Shown: positions 29,001 to 38,465 of the stretch, in pieces
Position numbering within the stretch: position 1 is the stretch's first letter
Layout of the letters: each line of letters opens with the position of its first letter
Virus record (IMG/VR): IMGVR_UViG_3300002307_000047
Location: 1-64,000 of that record
Source of the DNA: an uncultured virus (IMG/VR IMGVR_UViG_3300002307_000047)
Lineage: Duplodnaviria > Heunggongvirae > Uroviricota > Caudoviricetes
DNA length: 64,000 nucleotides
Direction: 5' to 3' (one strand)
Notes under the pieces: generated by a model
Told to the model about the DNA's origin: nothing
The model's input: only the letters and a program-made list of their open reading frames with translations
Databases searched by the model: none
Made by a program: the position numbers and the translations under genes

Positions 29001-31488
29001 CCAAACAGCTCACTTGCCTGTGACTCCTGAAATTATTACTCAGGATATATATTGTTACTACAATGGCACAAATGAGAATATGAATAACAACCCTCAGCCT
29101 GTCCCTGCAATATTTTTCCCACCTAATAATCTTTCTACCCCATATCAACTTACAAATCCATTTTCTCTTTTATCTAACTACGCTCCATTTGGAAAAGGTC
29201 TTAAAAGAGGTGGTGTTTATCAGGTAGGATATAGGGAATATGATGTAGCAGGGCGCGTGAATACGGTAATGACTAATCAGAGCTGTATCTTTACGATCCC
29301 CTTTATCACAGAGGATTTGCACAATTACTATCCTGACGTATATCCTGTTGGCACGTTTAAATATGGCAGACCCACGACTACTGTAACGCTTAACTTTAAA
29401 CCATCTAAGTTCGCAGTTGCATATCAGGTATTTTTGACTTTAAATCAGTATGAGACGGACTATCTTGTATGGGTTGCTAATCAGATAACCTATGTAAGCA
29501 ACATAGGTTATAGCACAGCGGAAAACATCGGGGCATCAACTACATTAACTACGACAAGTACAGCAGGAAGTGTGACATCATCAACAGCAGTAACTACTCC
29601 CGCAGCAACATATACGCCACCAGTGGTTTCGTCTTATCAGGCAGGTGATGCTACAAACATCTATATCAGCATGAAAAACCTTGCTGATTTCCAATTATCC
29701 AATCCTGATTCTGTTTTGGTCTATAACTATAAGGCGGGTGATAGGGTTCGATTGATTGCAGATGAAAACGGAAATAAATATAATAAGCTGTATGAGCTAG
29801 AGGTAACAGGATATGATACGGTGCTTCAATCAATAATAGTTCGCAATAATGGTACTGCTCCTCAGCTAAAAACGGGAGTATTGTTTGAGGTATTACACCC
29901 GCGCCTATCTACCGAATCTGATGAGCAAATATATTATGAAGTAGGCGAATCATTCCTATGTACAAATCCGAATCAAGACAACAATGATTTCTCGGTGAAT
30001 CCTATCGTGCTTACGTGCGGTGATACTTATTGGAGACGCAGGCAGTATCTTGTTAATGACAGCACTGACTTTATATTCTCATCTACCTCATATCTGATTG
30101 AGGACAGCGGTCTATCTGACTTTTTTGCATCGAAGTCATGGGACATAGGCAGGCCCGGATTAGCCGACCCGTATTTTGTGCAAGAATACAAACCGACACT
30201 GTTAAGGCTGTCAGATGTATTTGTCACAGGTACGCTATTGAATGGATTGAGTAGCTATGAGGCACTAAATGACAAATCCGACATAGATATATCCAATGGC
30301 TCGATAATCAGGATGCAGGTTATAGGACAAGTGCTATTACTTGTCTGTCAGAATAAAAACATCGCTGTTTATCTCGGAGCTATCCTAGCTGCGGATTCGG
30401 GTAATCTCGGACTATTGCAGGTAACACAGAATTTCTTTGGCAACACCCGCCCATTTGAGGCTCAATATGGTTGTCAAAATCCTGAGTCTATACGCAGATG
30501 GCAGGGCTACGTTTATGGGTGGGACGCTAACAGAGGAATAGCATGGAGATACAGCACTAACGGCTTCTTTGAGGTTTCAAATTACAATGCCAAGAGCTTC
30601 TTTAATCGCTATCGTGGTGTGCCTATATGGGCTGCACCTGCTGTATTTGATACTGCCTATCAGGAATACATCCTGTCGATATACAAAGGTGCAATAGCAT
30701 ATCAGATACCGAATACAATCACAGCCCCCTTTCTTGGAGGTGGTTTTGAAATTCAGATGCAATTGTCATTAGGGAATTTAGGCATAGCCGATGGTGATAT
30801 AGTGGTTATTAGTGGCAAAAACCCTACTGGCGAGATTATATCATTAACAGGATATGCTCGTGCAGCAACAGTAGGCAGTGCGCTAATGCTCGTATCGGGT
30901 GCTGGGTCGAATCCAAGTCTTACTAATGTGAAGGTAGAGTATAAAGATAAAAATGGCACCACCATATCATTCAGTGAGCCTAAAAACAAATGGTGTACGA
31001 CTTATAGCTATCTGCCCGACTACTATGGTAACTTCGATAAGGAAATGATCTCATTCAGCAACGGGCAGCTTTATATCCATGATAAGGATGATAGTAGCGC
31101 AGGATGGAATAGGTTCTATGGTGTGAAGTACCCGAGTAGCATAACTGTGGTGTTTAATACTGTGGTGTCTGAGATTAAGTTTTGGCTATCTATGACTATT
31201 CAAAACTTCCAAACAGACAAAAAGAGTGCTTGGTTTGCGCCGAATATCACCAATGCTAACGGGCAGAAATCAAGGATACTGAATAACATCTTTAAGAGGT
31301 TGGAGCAATATTTTTCTGCTTCATTCAAGAGAGACTTAAATACGCCAAATATAGCTAATCCTATTGTGAGCGGAAATATACTGAGGTCGAACACATTGAC
31401 GGTGACATTAGAAAATCCTGCTGATGAGCAATTCGCGTTAGTTGATGTAGAAGTGGCGTATCAAATTTCACAAAGCACCCAAAAATAA
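26005..31488 (+). CDS. tail muzzle / stabilisation protein (P22 gp10-like beta-propellers with insertions)
   Basis: 1827 aa; N-terminal GGIDFD...FRFAVN; LKRGGVYQVG, YGCQNPES, WCTTYSYLPD, FSNGQLYIH. Confidence 0.75.
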   Translation: MGHPVQKIIPIGGIDFDSADTEISSKEGDFRFAVNLRNSWSYEGTEKVLSPIKGNIQVPFDLGTVRHQDIGSINDEEDSSVYYMLWAADNNHKILHYTPHNTSVANPYGTIQLIATFDWGWLQNTLITSIDIVNGKQGKMMYWVDNVKGRKINLTKADLTNKYKSWITYLPKSFSFYQAFFFFNIIDIVTGATIHTLTIDSNAQTFTTNAELLAFFASAINADPTTSQYVTAEACDCKLNIVEKWVNKVNILFFGTQILTIPDNWYGATLTDRITDECKYPPILSPLNTFDIDATKPFNNIKNQIFQFRLQYFYDDFEPSALGPISQVPINETVNDGLQIQSYNLLHIDFNDTQLVPNLGLIRKVAVLAKSNANGNVGKWKQVALLDICDFYDYANGQRIGNYDFYNNTIANVIDDALANKEYDDVPIHNDSQVFTSNHMVKAGITENYDPVECVDIAVSHTFQDGNETFFNVTGDISIFHLPPPSVSHGAVFTPIDPDDQRGVIWKVPPQDPSSPKIYEQYPQWGGIPPAYLQGGSNPARLPDPSKNLNQLLPLGGFLSYIAGTDNWTVSKQIITEGSNPTDTPISSLAFDNVYQNVLEATNTQTIATYFNNPGTDGNNVTHRFSFRLKPGDYICRLASHWVSFGDVLDKGPMYDLNNGREYQTTSTFVYTIDDATTGRSNIFDVKEIRFTVTNSDIYIGRFNVEDCRSFYPEDDVQRPINDFETLNCSTSGYLVDASTTGVNPSTLSGAPRVEGQGIYLAGFGTNPIQFYPGFIPSPSPTPATRTAPVIAYPTCSVTDHNGFFYTSWNWYFQDLSGNNSNNNIIEPYIQSQFIWQFANNLTNLVAGGPNNVFLPTNGYVGYFSNIYDSQENRPYISESILKDLVNGTLTPARSNVFAQSRGFGAVQSSFDGGTNRNFQRPAPNDAIQLLVYVSGTSVIPNESTYIEGQLEDSNGLGISGGIVLYGQTGRFVTTNINGDFSMLVYARATGFLGASGQFQTAHLPVTPEIITQDIYCYYNGTNENMNNNPQPVPAIFFPPNNLSTPYQLTNPFSLLSNYAPFGKGLKRGGVYQVGYREYDVAGRVNTVMTNQSCIFTIPFITEDLHNYYPDVYPVGTFKYGRPTTTVTLNFKPSKFAVAYQVFLTLNQYETDYLVWVANQITYVSNIGYSTAENIGASTTLTTTSTAGSVTSSTAVTTPAATYTPPVVSSYQAGDATNIYISMKNLADFQLSNPDSVLVYNYKAGDRVRLIADENGNKYNKLYELEVTGYDTVLQSIIVRNNGTAPQLKTGVLFEVLHPRLSTESDEQIYYEVGESFLCTNPNQDNNDFSVNPIVLTCGDTYWRRRQYLVNDSTDFIFSSTSYLIEDSGLSDFFASKSWDIGRPGLADPYFVQEYKPTLLRLSDVFVTGTLLNGLSSYEALNDKSDIDISNGSIIRMQVIGQVLLLVCQNKNIAVYLGAILAADSGNLGLLQVTQNFFGNTRPFEAQYGCQNPESIRRWQGYVYGWDANRGIAWRYSTNGFFEVSNYNAKSFFNRYRGVPIWAAPAVFDTAYQEYILSIYKGAIAYQIPNTITAPFLGGGFEIQMQLSLGNLGIADGDIVVISGKNPTGEIISLTGYARAATVGSALMLVSGAGSNPSLTNVKVEYKDKNGTTISFSEPKNKWCTTYSYLPDYYGNFDKEMISFSNGQLYIHDKDDSSAGWNRFYGVKYPSSITVVFNTVVSEIKFWLSMTIQNFQTDKKSAWFAPNITNANGQKSRILNNIFKRLEQYFSASFKRDLNTPNIANPIVSGNILRSNTLTVTLENPADEQFALVDVEVAYQISQSTQK

Positions 31489-31493
31489 GCAAT

Positions 31494-31676
31494 ATGAAAA
31501 ACACCCAAAAACCTATTAAAATAAAGAAATCACATAAGGGATTACTTCATAAAGACTTGGGAGTTCCACAGGGAACTAAAATACCTAAGTCAAAGTTAGA
31601 GATTCACAAAGATGATAGCCCTGCATTAAAGAAGAGAAAAAACTTTGCTCTTGAGTTTGGTGGCTATAAGAAGTAA
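31494..31676 (+). CDS. small basic protein, possibly DNA-binding virion cargo
   Basis: 60 aa, Lys-rich; KGLLHKDLGVPQG...KKRKNFA motif seen in phage basic proteins. Confidence 0.6.
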   Translation: MKNTQKPIKIKKSHKGLLHKDLGVPQGTKIPKSKLEIHKDDSPALKKRKNFALEFGGYKK

Positions 31677-32012
31677 CTATTTCTTCTTGGCCTGATACTC
31701 ATCCAAAGCCTGCTCCATTATCTTTGAACAGCGAACAGGACTGTAACCATATATCTCTGACAAGTGAGCAGAGCTACACCCTGTCTTAATATGATACGCT
31801 TTCATTTCGGCTAACTTCTTAGGCGGGATTTTACCCTGCTCATACTTAATTACTTTGGGTACAGGCTTCCTAAGCGGGTACTTATCTATCATGCGCTGTT
31901 TCTCGTCAGGCGTACCATGGATGAGCATTCTTATATCCTTTAGCAGTTTATCGTTCTTATCTTGGAGTTGCTTGTAGGACGTTATTTTTGTTTCGGGGGT
32001 GATTGTTCTCAT
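31677..32012 (-). CDS. hypothetical protein with C-terminal HTH-like segment
   Basis: SAHLSEIYGYSPVRCSKI. Confidence 0.5.
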   Translation of the reverse strand: MRTITPETKITSYKQLQDKNDKLLKDIRMLIHGTPDEKQRMIDKYPLRKPVPKVIKYEQGKIPPKKLAEMKAYHIKTGCSSAHLSEIYGYSPVRCSKIMEQALDEYQAKKK

Positions 32013-32425
32013 GGTAAGAGATTTGGATGCTCATAGATGTTGCCGATTACTTCTCTAAATAATATAGAGTAATTGGCTATTGATTGGCCAGCTAGTACGT
32101 TTCCATATGGAATAAACATCGCGTTGCTATATCTAACTTCTACAATTCCAGAATCTACATTTGTAGGATGGTCAACTAACTTTAATATATCGCCCTCATA
32201 AATCTCTTTCCCATTCTTATCGAGCAACCCTGTGAACTGCATAATTTTCAAATCGTCAGGCTTTTTGCCATTTCTATCAAATAGAAATTCATCAAATATT
32301 CTGCTCCACTCTCCGAACAATACTGCTTCACCCGTTAGGCTAAATCCGCCTACGTTGGGTAGCTCATAACCTAGTAGCCACGTTTTATTGTGATTGTCCC
32401 ACGCTCTGAATTTTAAGTTATCCAT
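32009..32425 (-). CDS. YopX family protein
   Basis: KFRAWD, MQFTGLLDKNGKEIYEGDIL, EVIGNIYEHPNLL. Confidence 0.92.
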   Translation of the reverse strand: MDNLKFRAWDNHNKTWLLGYELPNVGGFSLTGEAVLFGEWSRIFDEFLFDRNGKKPDDLKIMQFTGLLDKNGKEIYEGDILKLVDHPTNVDSGIVEVRYSNAMFIPYGNVLAGQSIANYSILFREVIGNIYEHPNLLP

Positions 32426-32799
32426 GATTTTTTGTTTTGATTATTAAATATAGCTATGACTTCATTAATTACTATCTTTGCACTGCACCGTCTATAGAGG
32501 GTGTACTAATTTCTTTTTAAGCCTCTCACAGCTAATACAAGATACTAATATCACTCCAATGTCCCTCTTTTCTGAATAAGACTGAGGGCATTTTTATGTT
32601 TGCTGCAATTCCTGAGTTGGCAGGTCATTGGATATTCGTGTACATATAGCTCTCGCCACCCTCTACGCGGTCGTCACGGTGTCAGACGTTGCCACGCTAC
32701 TGTTGTACATCCACGGCAGTAACAAAGTTTGTTTTTGAATACTAGCAGTCTATCTAGTGGGCAGTTCAAACTATACAACTGCCCTATATGTCAATACGG

Positions 32800-33063
32800 T
32801 TATATCTCCTTAAATTCGTTTTCTAATTCAGTTAATTTGTCACACAGATGCGCTCGGTACTCTGCAATAAACTCCAACGACCTCGGATAGAAATCATCAC
32901 CCGTGTGAATGTCAAAAGTAATAGCGTGATCTGTACCGACAGCAGATTCAAATATCTTCACGCGCTTGCATTTATCCAATGCCTCGATCTGAGCACGTTT
33001 CTTAGTAATCATATCTAAGATGGACTTACCCTTGCTGAGTCTGCCAAGTTCTTCTTCTGTCAT
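32800..33063 (-). CDS. hypothetical protein
   Basis: 87-aa coiled-coil ORF. Confidence 0.6.
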   Translation of the reverse strand: MTEEELGRLSKGKSILDMITKKRAQIEALDKCKRVKIFESAVGTDHAITFDIHTGDDFYPRSLEFIAEYRAHLCDKLTELENEFKEI

Positions 33064-33068
33064 TTTTT

Positions 33069-33338
33069 TTAGTTTAGCGTTAAGCCTTGCGGTTTATTCA
33101 ATTTAAGCCCCGACAACTCCTCAAATATAGATATGTTATCAGGATGGATAAACACCTTTAAATTTGCTATAGCACAGCTATTTTGTTTGCGTGTGTACTC
33201 GTAGCACAAGCACCAACTGTTTGTTATCTGCGCCCGACTCATTACCATAGCGTACATTACATCTGCCATATTATTCTTAGATAGCTTCATATCTAAGTTC
33301 ATGTAGACCATATCCGATTCTGCGGGGAACTTTATCAT
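33069..33338 (-). CDS. hypothetical protein
   Basis: Probable start MIKFPAES overlapping the upstream stop. Confidence 0.55.
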   Translation of the reverse strand: MIKFPAESDMVYMNLDMKLSKNNMADVMYAMVMSRAQITNSWCLCYEYTRKQNSCAIANLKVFIHPDNISIFEELSGLKLNKPQGLTLN

Positions 33339-33790
33339 TCTTTTATTTTTAGCTCGGTTCCAGTTAATAAATACCACCAACTCTGAAATTCGTGGACATA
33401 TTTAATATCATCTGATTTTATACTTCCTCTCAATCCTTTTATACCAATCCTGCGTATCTCATACTCAAAGAAATCAAGTATTACATCAATTTCTAGTTCA
33501 GGCACATCTTCGGTATTAAATATAGTTTGGCAATAAACCTTGTCTGTTCTTTTTATATCGTTGTAAGCACATTGCCACTTAGCTGTATTAAGTAGTCTAA
33601 AGCCAAACTTAGTCAACCATTCCTCATTGAGTGGGATAGGATGCACATCCTCATGCTCACAATGCGAACATGCAATATCGCCATCTAGTGAATCAAAGCT
33701 GATTCCTGATGCCATTATCTCTTGTACTACTGATGGTGTTTTACCGCACAATACATATGTGCCGATGCGGAGGTCTGTGGATGGTATCAT
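33335..33790 (-). CDS. conserved Bacteroidota phage protein
   Basis: DLRIG...PIPLNEEWLTKFGF...IKYVHEFQ...LTGTEL motif set. Confidence 0.7.
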   Translation of the reverse strand: MIPSTDLRIGTYVLCGKTPSVVQEIMASGISFDSLDGDIACSHCEHEDVHPIPLNEEWLTKFGFRLLNTAKWQCAYNDIKRTDKVYCQTIFNTEDVPELEIDVILDFFEYEIRRIGIKGLRGSIKSDDIKYVHEFQSWWYLLTGTELKIKE

Positions 33791-33798
33791 ATAGAAAT

Positions 33799-33826
33799 AA
33801 AAAAGCCCATAGTGACGGCTATGGGC
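33799..33826 (-). terminator. intrinsic terminator / attenuator in the leader of the 33790 operon
   Basis: GCCCATAG-CCGTCA-CTATGGGC-TTTTTT on the minus strand. Confidence 0.8.
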
Positions 33827-34037
33827 GGGTAAAATTGTATTTCTACATTTTTACAAACCCAGTCTCACTACCGTCATAATGACACGGGGTTTTAATCTAT
33901 ATGTTTACTCCTCTCGGAGACTCTTTAAAAGAATGCTGATGAATGTGCTGAACTTCTAAGTCAACATCTGCCTGAACGTCACATCAGCACCACAAAGATA
34001 GCAAGGGAAACGGAATAAAAAAATTTAATTTTGCTGT

Positions 34038-34469
34038 ATGAGTACTATTTCAGCCGAAGACTACCGAAAAATGTTCCCCAAAAAAGAAGTCGCCGCATTC
34101 CTTACAGCAGCGCAGTACCGAGAACAGTTCACTAATGATAAGCCGAAGAAGAAATCAAAATACAATAATGTGAAAGTGGAGAGGCATGGGATTAAATTTG
34201 ACTCTATCCGTGAGGCTGACCGATACGAAGTGCTAAAAGTGCTTGAATTTAGCGGGGAGATCAGCGAACTTAAATTGCAGGTAGTATTCCCTTTGGTTAT
34301 CATTGATGGCAAGGTTAAGACCCGATACATCTGTGATTTCCAGTATATCCGAAATGGTGTACTAATCGTGGAGGATGTGAAGTCGATCGTGACTAAGAAA
34401 TTAGCCCTCTATGTTACGAAAAAGAAACTCATGCTTGAAAAACACGGGATAGAGATTACTGAGGTGTAA
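34038..34469 (+). CDS. DUF1064-type PD-(D/E)XK nuclease-like protein
   Basis: SKYNNVKV...GIKFDSIREA...YICDF...VEDVKS. Confidence 0.85.
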   Translation: MSTISAEDYRKMFPKKEVAAFLTAAQYREQFTNDKPKKKSKYNNVKVERHGIKFDSIREADRYEVLKVLEFSGEISELKLQVVFPLVIIDGKVKTRYICDFQYIRNGVLIVEDVKSIVTKKLALYVTKKKLMLEKHGIEITEV

Positions 34470-34659
34470 ATAAGGGTGTTTTTGGGCACCACTTGATCGC
34501 ATTGATAATCAAAACATTACTCGTGCACACCCTAGTAAATACGTATGGTCTGAGCTCGGGTTGATCGCACCCTTTTATTCATCCTCATACCGCCAAAATT
34601 CATACGCTACCCATGATAGACCGACTAGGACAAGCAATATGAATTGGAAAGTTGTCACA

Positions 34660-35688
34660 TCAGAGAATCTTTCCGTTGAATATCTTTTTGTTGTCTACAT
34701 GGAAATATCCACTTCCGTCAGTCTCGATGTGGGCGAACCCGTGATTATATTTGCTATTAGGGTTATACTTTGGGCGAAGATCACTCAGGCACCCTACCGA
34801 CCAACAAGATCGCAGTTTCCCGTCTAAATCAGGCTCAGAATGCTCAGCGGTTCTATGAACGTGGCCTTGAATTACAGATGAACCCGTTTTTAGAAATAAA
34901 GCTCGTGCAGGGTTAACGCCACCATTCCCAAATATCTCATGTCCGTGTAGGATATTCAAATGACCCGCCTTGGTACGTGTAGACGAGTCAATAACCGAAA
35001 TCCCTAGCTTGGGAAGCCTTAACATATAAGCAAGCGAGAACTCTTCCATTCCCTCAAACTCGCCCGCATGTGATCCTATGTAGTGATCCCAGCGAAGATC
35101 ATGGTTGCCCACCTTGAAGTATATGCGGCAGTCAGAGAATATATCCCTAAGTACGGATAAGAACTCGCGCGTCTTCTCTAGTTCGTTTGCGAGGTTCCGC
35201 AGTTTCTTGTCTTTTATAAACCTAGATATGCTATAAAAGTCGCAGGTATCCCCATTAAGATATATAGTGTTTACCCTTCGCTCTTTAAGTGACTTAATAG
35301 CAGTAGTTAAAGCGAGCATATCATGGAAAGGGCAATGAATATCAGATAGTAAGCCAATGTTGTTGTCTGCTACTGGTAATGTAAAAACTTCTGCACTATC
35401 ATTGTCAGGTTCGGGCAGTTTGTAAGGATTATATGTCTCAGGCATAACCTCCCTTTTTATTTGGGAGAAACTTGTTGTGCTACTAAAGGACTTTGTTGAA
35501 AGCTCTCGGTTTGCAATTTGTAAACTTTGTGCTTCTTTCCTTATTTTATATAGCGTATCTCGGGTGTTTTCCTCATTAAAATCTTTAGTCAGAGTCGTAA
35601 TAGATGGGTGCAAGATAATTTGCTCTAATGTCAATCCCTGCTGAAACAAAGCATGTGCATTAAGTTTCCATTCAGTTTTATATGCCAT
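34660..35688 (-). CDS. calcineurin-like metallophosphoesterase
   Basis: SDIH, NGDTCD, GNHD, HGH and GHVH motifs. Confidence 0.9.
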   Translation of the reverse strand: MAYKTEWKLNAHALFQQGLTLEQIILHPSITTLTKDFNEENTRDTLYKIRKEAQSLQIANRELSTKSFSSTTSFSQIKREVMPETYNPYKLPEPDNDSAEVFTLPVADNNIGLLSDIHCPFHDMLALTTAIKSLKERRVNTIYLNGDTCDFYSISRFIKDKKLRNLANELEKTREFLSVLRDIFSDCRIYFKVGNHDLRWDHYIGSHAGEFEGMEEFSLAYMLRLPKLGISVIDSSTRTKAGHLNILHGHEIFGNGGVNPARALFLKTGSSVIQGHVHRTAEHSEPDLDGKLRSCWSVGCLSDLRPKYNPNSKYNHGFAHIETDGSGYFHVDNKKIFNGKIL

Positions 35689-35724
35689 AAGATTGTTTAA
35701 GTGGAATAATTTAGATTATACAAT

Positions 35725-35753
35725 AAAAATGCGCTGCCTTTTACAGCAACGCA
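35725..35753 (-). terminator. intrinsic terminator closing a short transcript from the promoter at 35802-35809
   Basis: TGCGTTGC-loop-GCAGCGCA-TTTTT on the minus strand. Confidence 0.7.
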
Positions 35754-35885
35754 CCCCAAACCAATGTAAGAAACAAGAGCAAAATGAAACCAAACCCGAT
35801 TCAAATATACGCCAAAAAAAGACGTAAATAATAAATTATGTAAAAATGAGTGTAAATTGCTTAATTTCGCACAAACAGTTTAGCT

Positions 35886-36716
35886 ATGGACTTCGGATTA
35901 TCAGGCGGTGGCGGGGCGGCAGCAGGCGGCATACTCGATGGGGTCAGTAGTCTCGCAGGCTCAATCGCGCAATTCGGTTTGGCAGGACAGCAAGACCAAA
36001 GAGCTAAGCAATTGGCAGACCTGTCTAAGAATGCCACAGCCCCGCTGCTTCAAAAAGAATATCAGCAAGCATTAAACATCAGGAATGCCAATGCTAACGC
36101 GGGGCTACCTGATTTGCAGTCATATAATGATGCCCTTGATAATCATATGGCTAATTCACTCAGATCAGCACGTGAGAACGCGTCAAGTGGCTCAGGGCTA
36201 CTCGCATACCTATCAGCGGCAAATGGGGCTAATAATAACTCCAAAATACAACTCGATCAGCAAGATGAAACAGCGCGTGTAGGCAATAAAAATGCCTTGG
36301 TAGATGCACTGTGGCAAGTCGGCGGCAGAAAGGATGTAAATGAGGAGATTAAGAGACAGCAACAGGCTAGACTTAATGCAGCATCGGGCGCAGAATCGGC
36401 AGCGGCTACACAGAATAAATATGGCGCGGCAACGGGGCTATTCAAAGCGGGGGCAAGTATAGCGGGTAACGCAATTGCGCCGGGGCTTGGTAGTTTGGCA
36501 AAGGGTGCAGTTGGGGCTATAAGCTCGGTAGCTGCCCCGAAAAACACACAAGTAGGAAGTGCTGATAATAATGGCGTTCAATTTGACGGAGGCTATCAGG
36601 GTGTCCCGCCAGTTAATAACCCATATGCTAACAATAATGTTGGCGATGGTTCACTTAATGGACAAGTAGCAGATACTACACCTACCGACTCAAACTACAA
36701 TTGGGGATATAACTAA
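35886..36716 (+). CDS. internal virion / ejection protein
   Basis: Gly/Ala-rich amphipathic ends with Gln/Asn-rich coiled coil; first of three internal proteins. Confidence 0.65.
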   Translation: MDFGLSGGGGAAAGGILDGVSSLAGSIAQFGLAGQQDQRAKQLADLSKNATAPLLQKEYQQALNIRNANANAGLPDLQSYNDALDNHMANSLRSARENASSGSGLLAYLSAANGANNNSKIQLDQQDETARVGNKNALVDALWQVGGRKDVNEEIKRQQQARLNAASGAESAAATQNKYGAATGLFKAGASIAGNAIAPGLGSLAKGAVGAISSVAAPKNTQVGSADNNGVQFDGGYQGVPPVNNPYANNNVGDGSLNGQVADTTPTDSNYNWGYN

Positions 36717-36719
36717 ACT

Positions 36720-38465
36720 ATGCCACTAGACGGAGCAATCATACAAGGACAGAATCAGGAGCAGAACGCAGCGGGTGCGGGTGTAGGTGCATTTGTGCCA
36801 AATAAAGAAGACCCACAGACAGCGCAGGATGCCATAATGAAAGTCCAAGACCGCAACATGCAATGGCAGTTGATGCAGGACAAGAAGAATGAAGCTCAAA
36901 GAGCGAGGGCGGCTAAGGCTTTGTCCGATGCACAGATTAGCTTTGATGGGATACGGGCAGTAGATAGACAGCCATTGCTTGATGAGCAGAAGGTAGTGAA
37001 TGACTATGCTACGCATGCCTTCGCAGCGGGTAAAGACCCAACAGACCCAAGAAATGTAGAGGAATTTACTAAGTTTAATGCGCTCCAAAACGCAGCACTC
37101 ACACATGCGAATGCCTCTAAACTGTATAACTCACAGATAACAGATGCAGCAAAACAGTATCAGGCACACCCTGAGCTATATGATGAGGGTAGTTTGGACT
37201 TGATAAATAAGCATACTACTGTGCCTATGTCGCAAGCACTGCAAGGTGGGACGGGAGATTATGAGGGTATTGGTATTGGTAAGCCTATTCTAAAAAAGAA
37301 GGGCTACGATTTACAGACCGATCTAAAGGCTACACTCCCCAACTTTGCTAGTCAGGCATGGGAAACTAAGGATAATAACGGGACAGTAAATCAATACGAG
37401 GGTAAAGACTATCCGAGGCAGAAAGACAAAACAGGTGCAGAAATAGTAGGCACAAGCGGAATAGAAAGGCTTGCAGATCAAAAACTATCAGAACCCAAGT
37501 TTAGAGAATATACTAATAACTGGCTGCGAGATCACCCTAATCAGCATGAGTCACTGCAAAAACAAGCCGATGCATTAACCGCAGCAGGTACACCAACAAC
37601 AGTGCAGCAATTGGCAAGTCAAATGATATTAAAGCCTGCTATTGGCTCTGCACTTAAAAAGTCAGAGGAAGACCCTGAGTCTAAAATGAATAGGGCTATC
37701 AGGCAAGCTAATGCCATTAATGACCACAAAGCATATCTGAAAGGCAGTGAAGAACAAGATGCACAAGTAGACGGTTACGACCTATACGATAAGTTCGCTA
37801 AGGTAGCATCAGGCTCACCAAGTGCATATGTAAAGCGTAATGGTGGTTTATACTCTACTGAACTTGGGGGGTATACTATCGGTACATACGTAGGTAAGGA
37901 AGATAATGAAGATAAGGGTAAATCTGTTCCGAATCACATCATTGAAACTCAATATACGGGCGAAGATGAGAATGGCAACCCGATTGTTTGGGCTAAAACA
38001 GACGCGTCCATACAAGCTAAAAAACTCGGTGAATCAGAAAGCGAATGGATACGCGAACCCGACTTAGTAGGCAAATATGCCCCACAGGCTATCAATCAGA
38101 TGTATAAGGGTAAGCAGTATGTAGCCGCTATGGAGGGCTTACAAGCTAATGCTAAGTACAATAAAGAGTTTAGGCCGGGTGCGGCATATGATATGAAAAA
38201 CTATCGTAAACGTACTGCACCTGTTTCAGGCACCGAATATCAGAATGAAAGTGGCCTAACTGATGCAGAGGAATATGAACAAAAGACATCGCCGCTCCAA
38301 AAGATACTGAATATAGCATCTAAGCTATCAGGCGGCACATCTACAACTAAGCCCCAAAGCGGGGCTATTAGGGCAACAAGGGCAAAGTGGCTTGCAAGTG
38401 GGTGGACAGATAAGGATATAGAAGAAGGTAAAAAATCAGGGAAAATAATAGTCGATGGAGAATAA
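36720..38465 (+). CDS. internal virion / ejection protein
   Basis: 581 aa, helical; position. Confidence 0.55.
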   Translation: MPLDGAIIQGQNQEQNAAGAGVGAFVPNKEDPQTAQDAIMKVQDRNMQWQLMQDKKNEAQRARAAKALSDAQISFDGIRAVDRQPLLDEQKVVNDYATHAFAAGKDPTDPRNVEEFTKFNALQNAALTHANASKLYNSQITDAAKQYQAHPELYDEGSLDLINKHTTVPMSQALQGGTGDYEGIGIGKPILKKKGYDLQTDLKATLPNFASQAWETKDNNGTVNQYEGKDYPRQKDKTGAEIVGTSGIERLADQKLSEPKFREYTNNWLRDHPNQHESLQKQADALTAAGTPTTVQQLASQMILKPAIGSALKKSEEDPESKMNRAIRQANAINDHKAYLKGSEEQDAQVDGYDLYDKFAKVASGSPSAYVKRNGGLYSTELGGYTIGTYVGKEDNEDKGKSVPNHIIETQYTGEDENGNPIVWAKTDASIQAKKLGESESEWIREPDLVGKYAPQAINQMYKGKQYVAAMEGLQANAKYNKEFRPGAAYDMKNYRKRTAPVSGTEYQNESGLTDAEEYEQKTSPLQKILNIASKLSGGTSTTKPQSGAIRATRAKWLASGWTDKDIEEGKKSGKIIVDGE

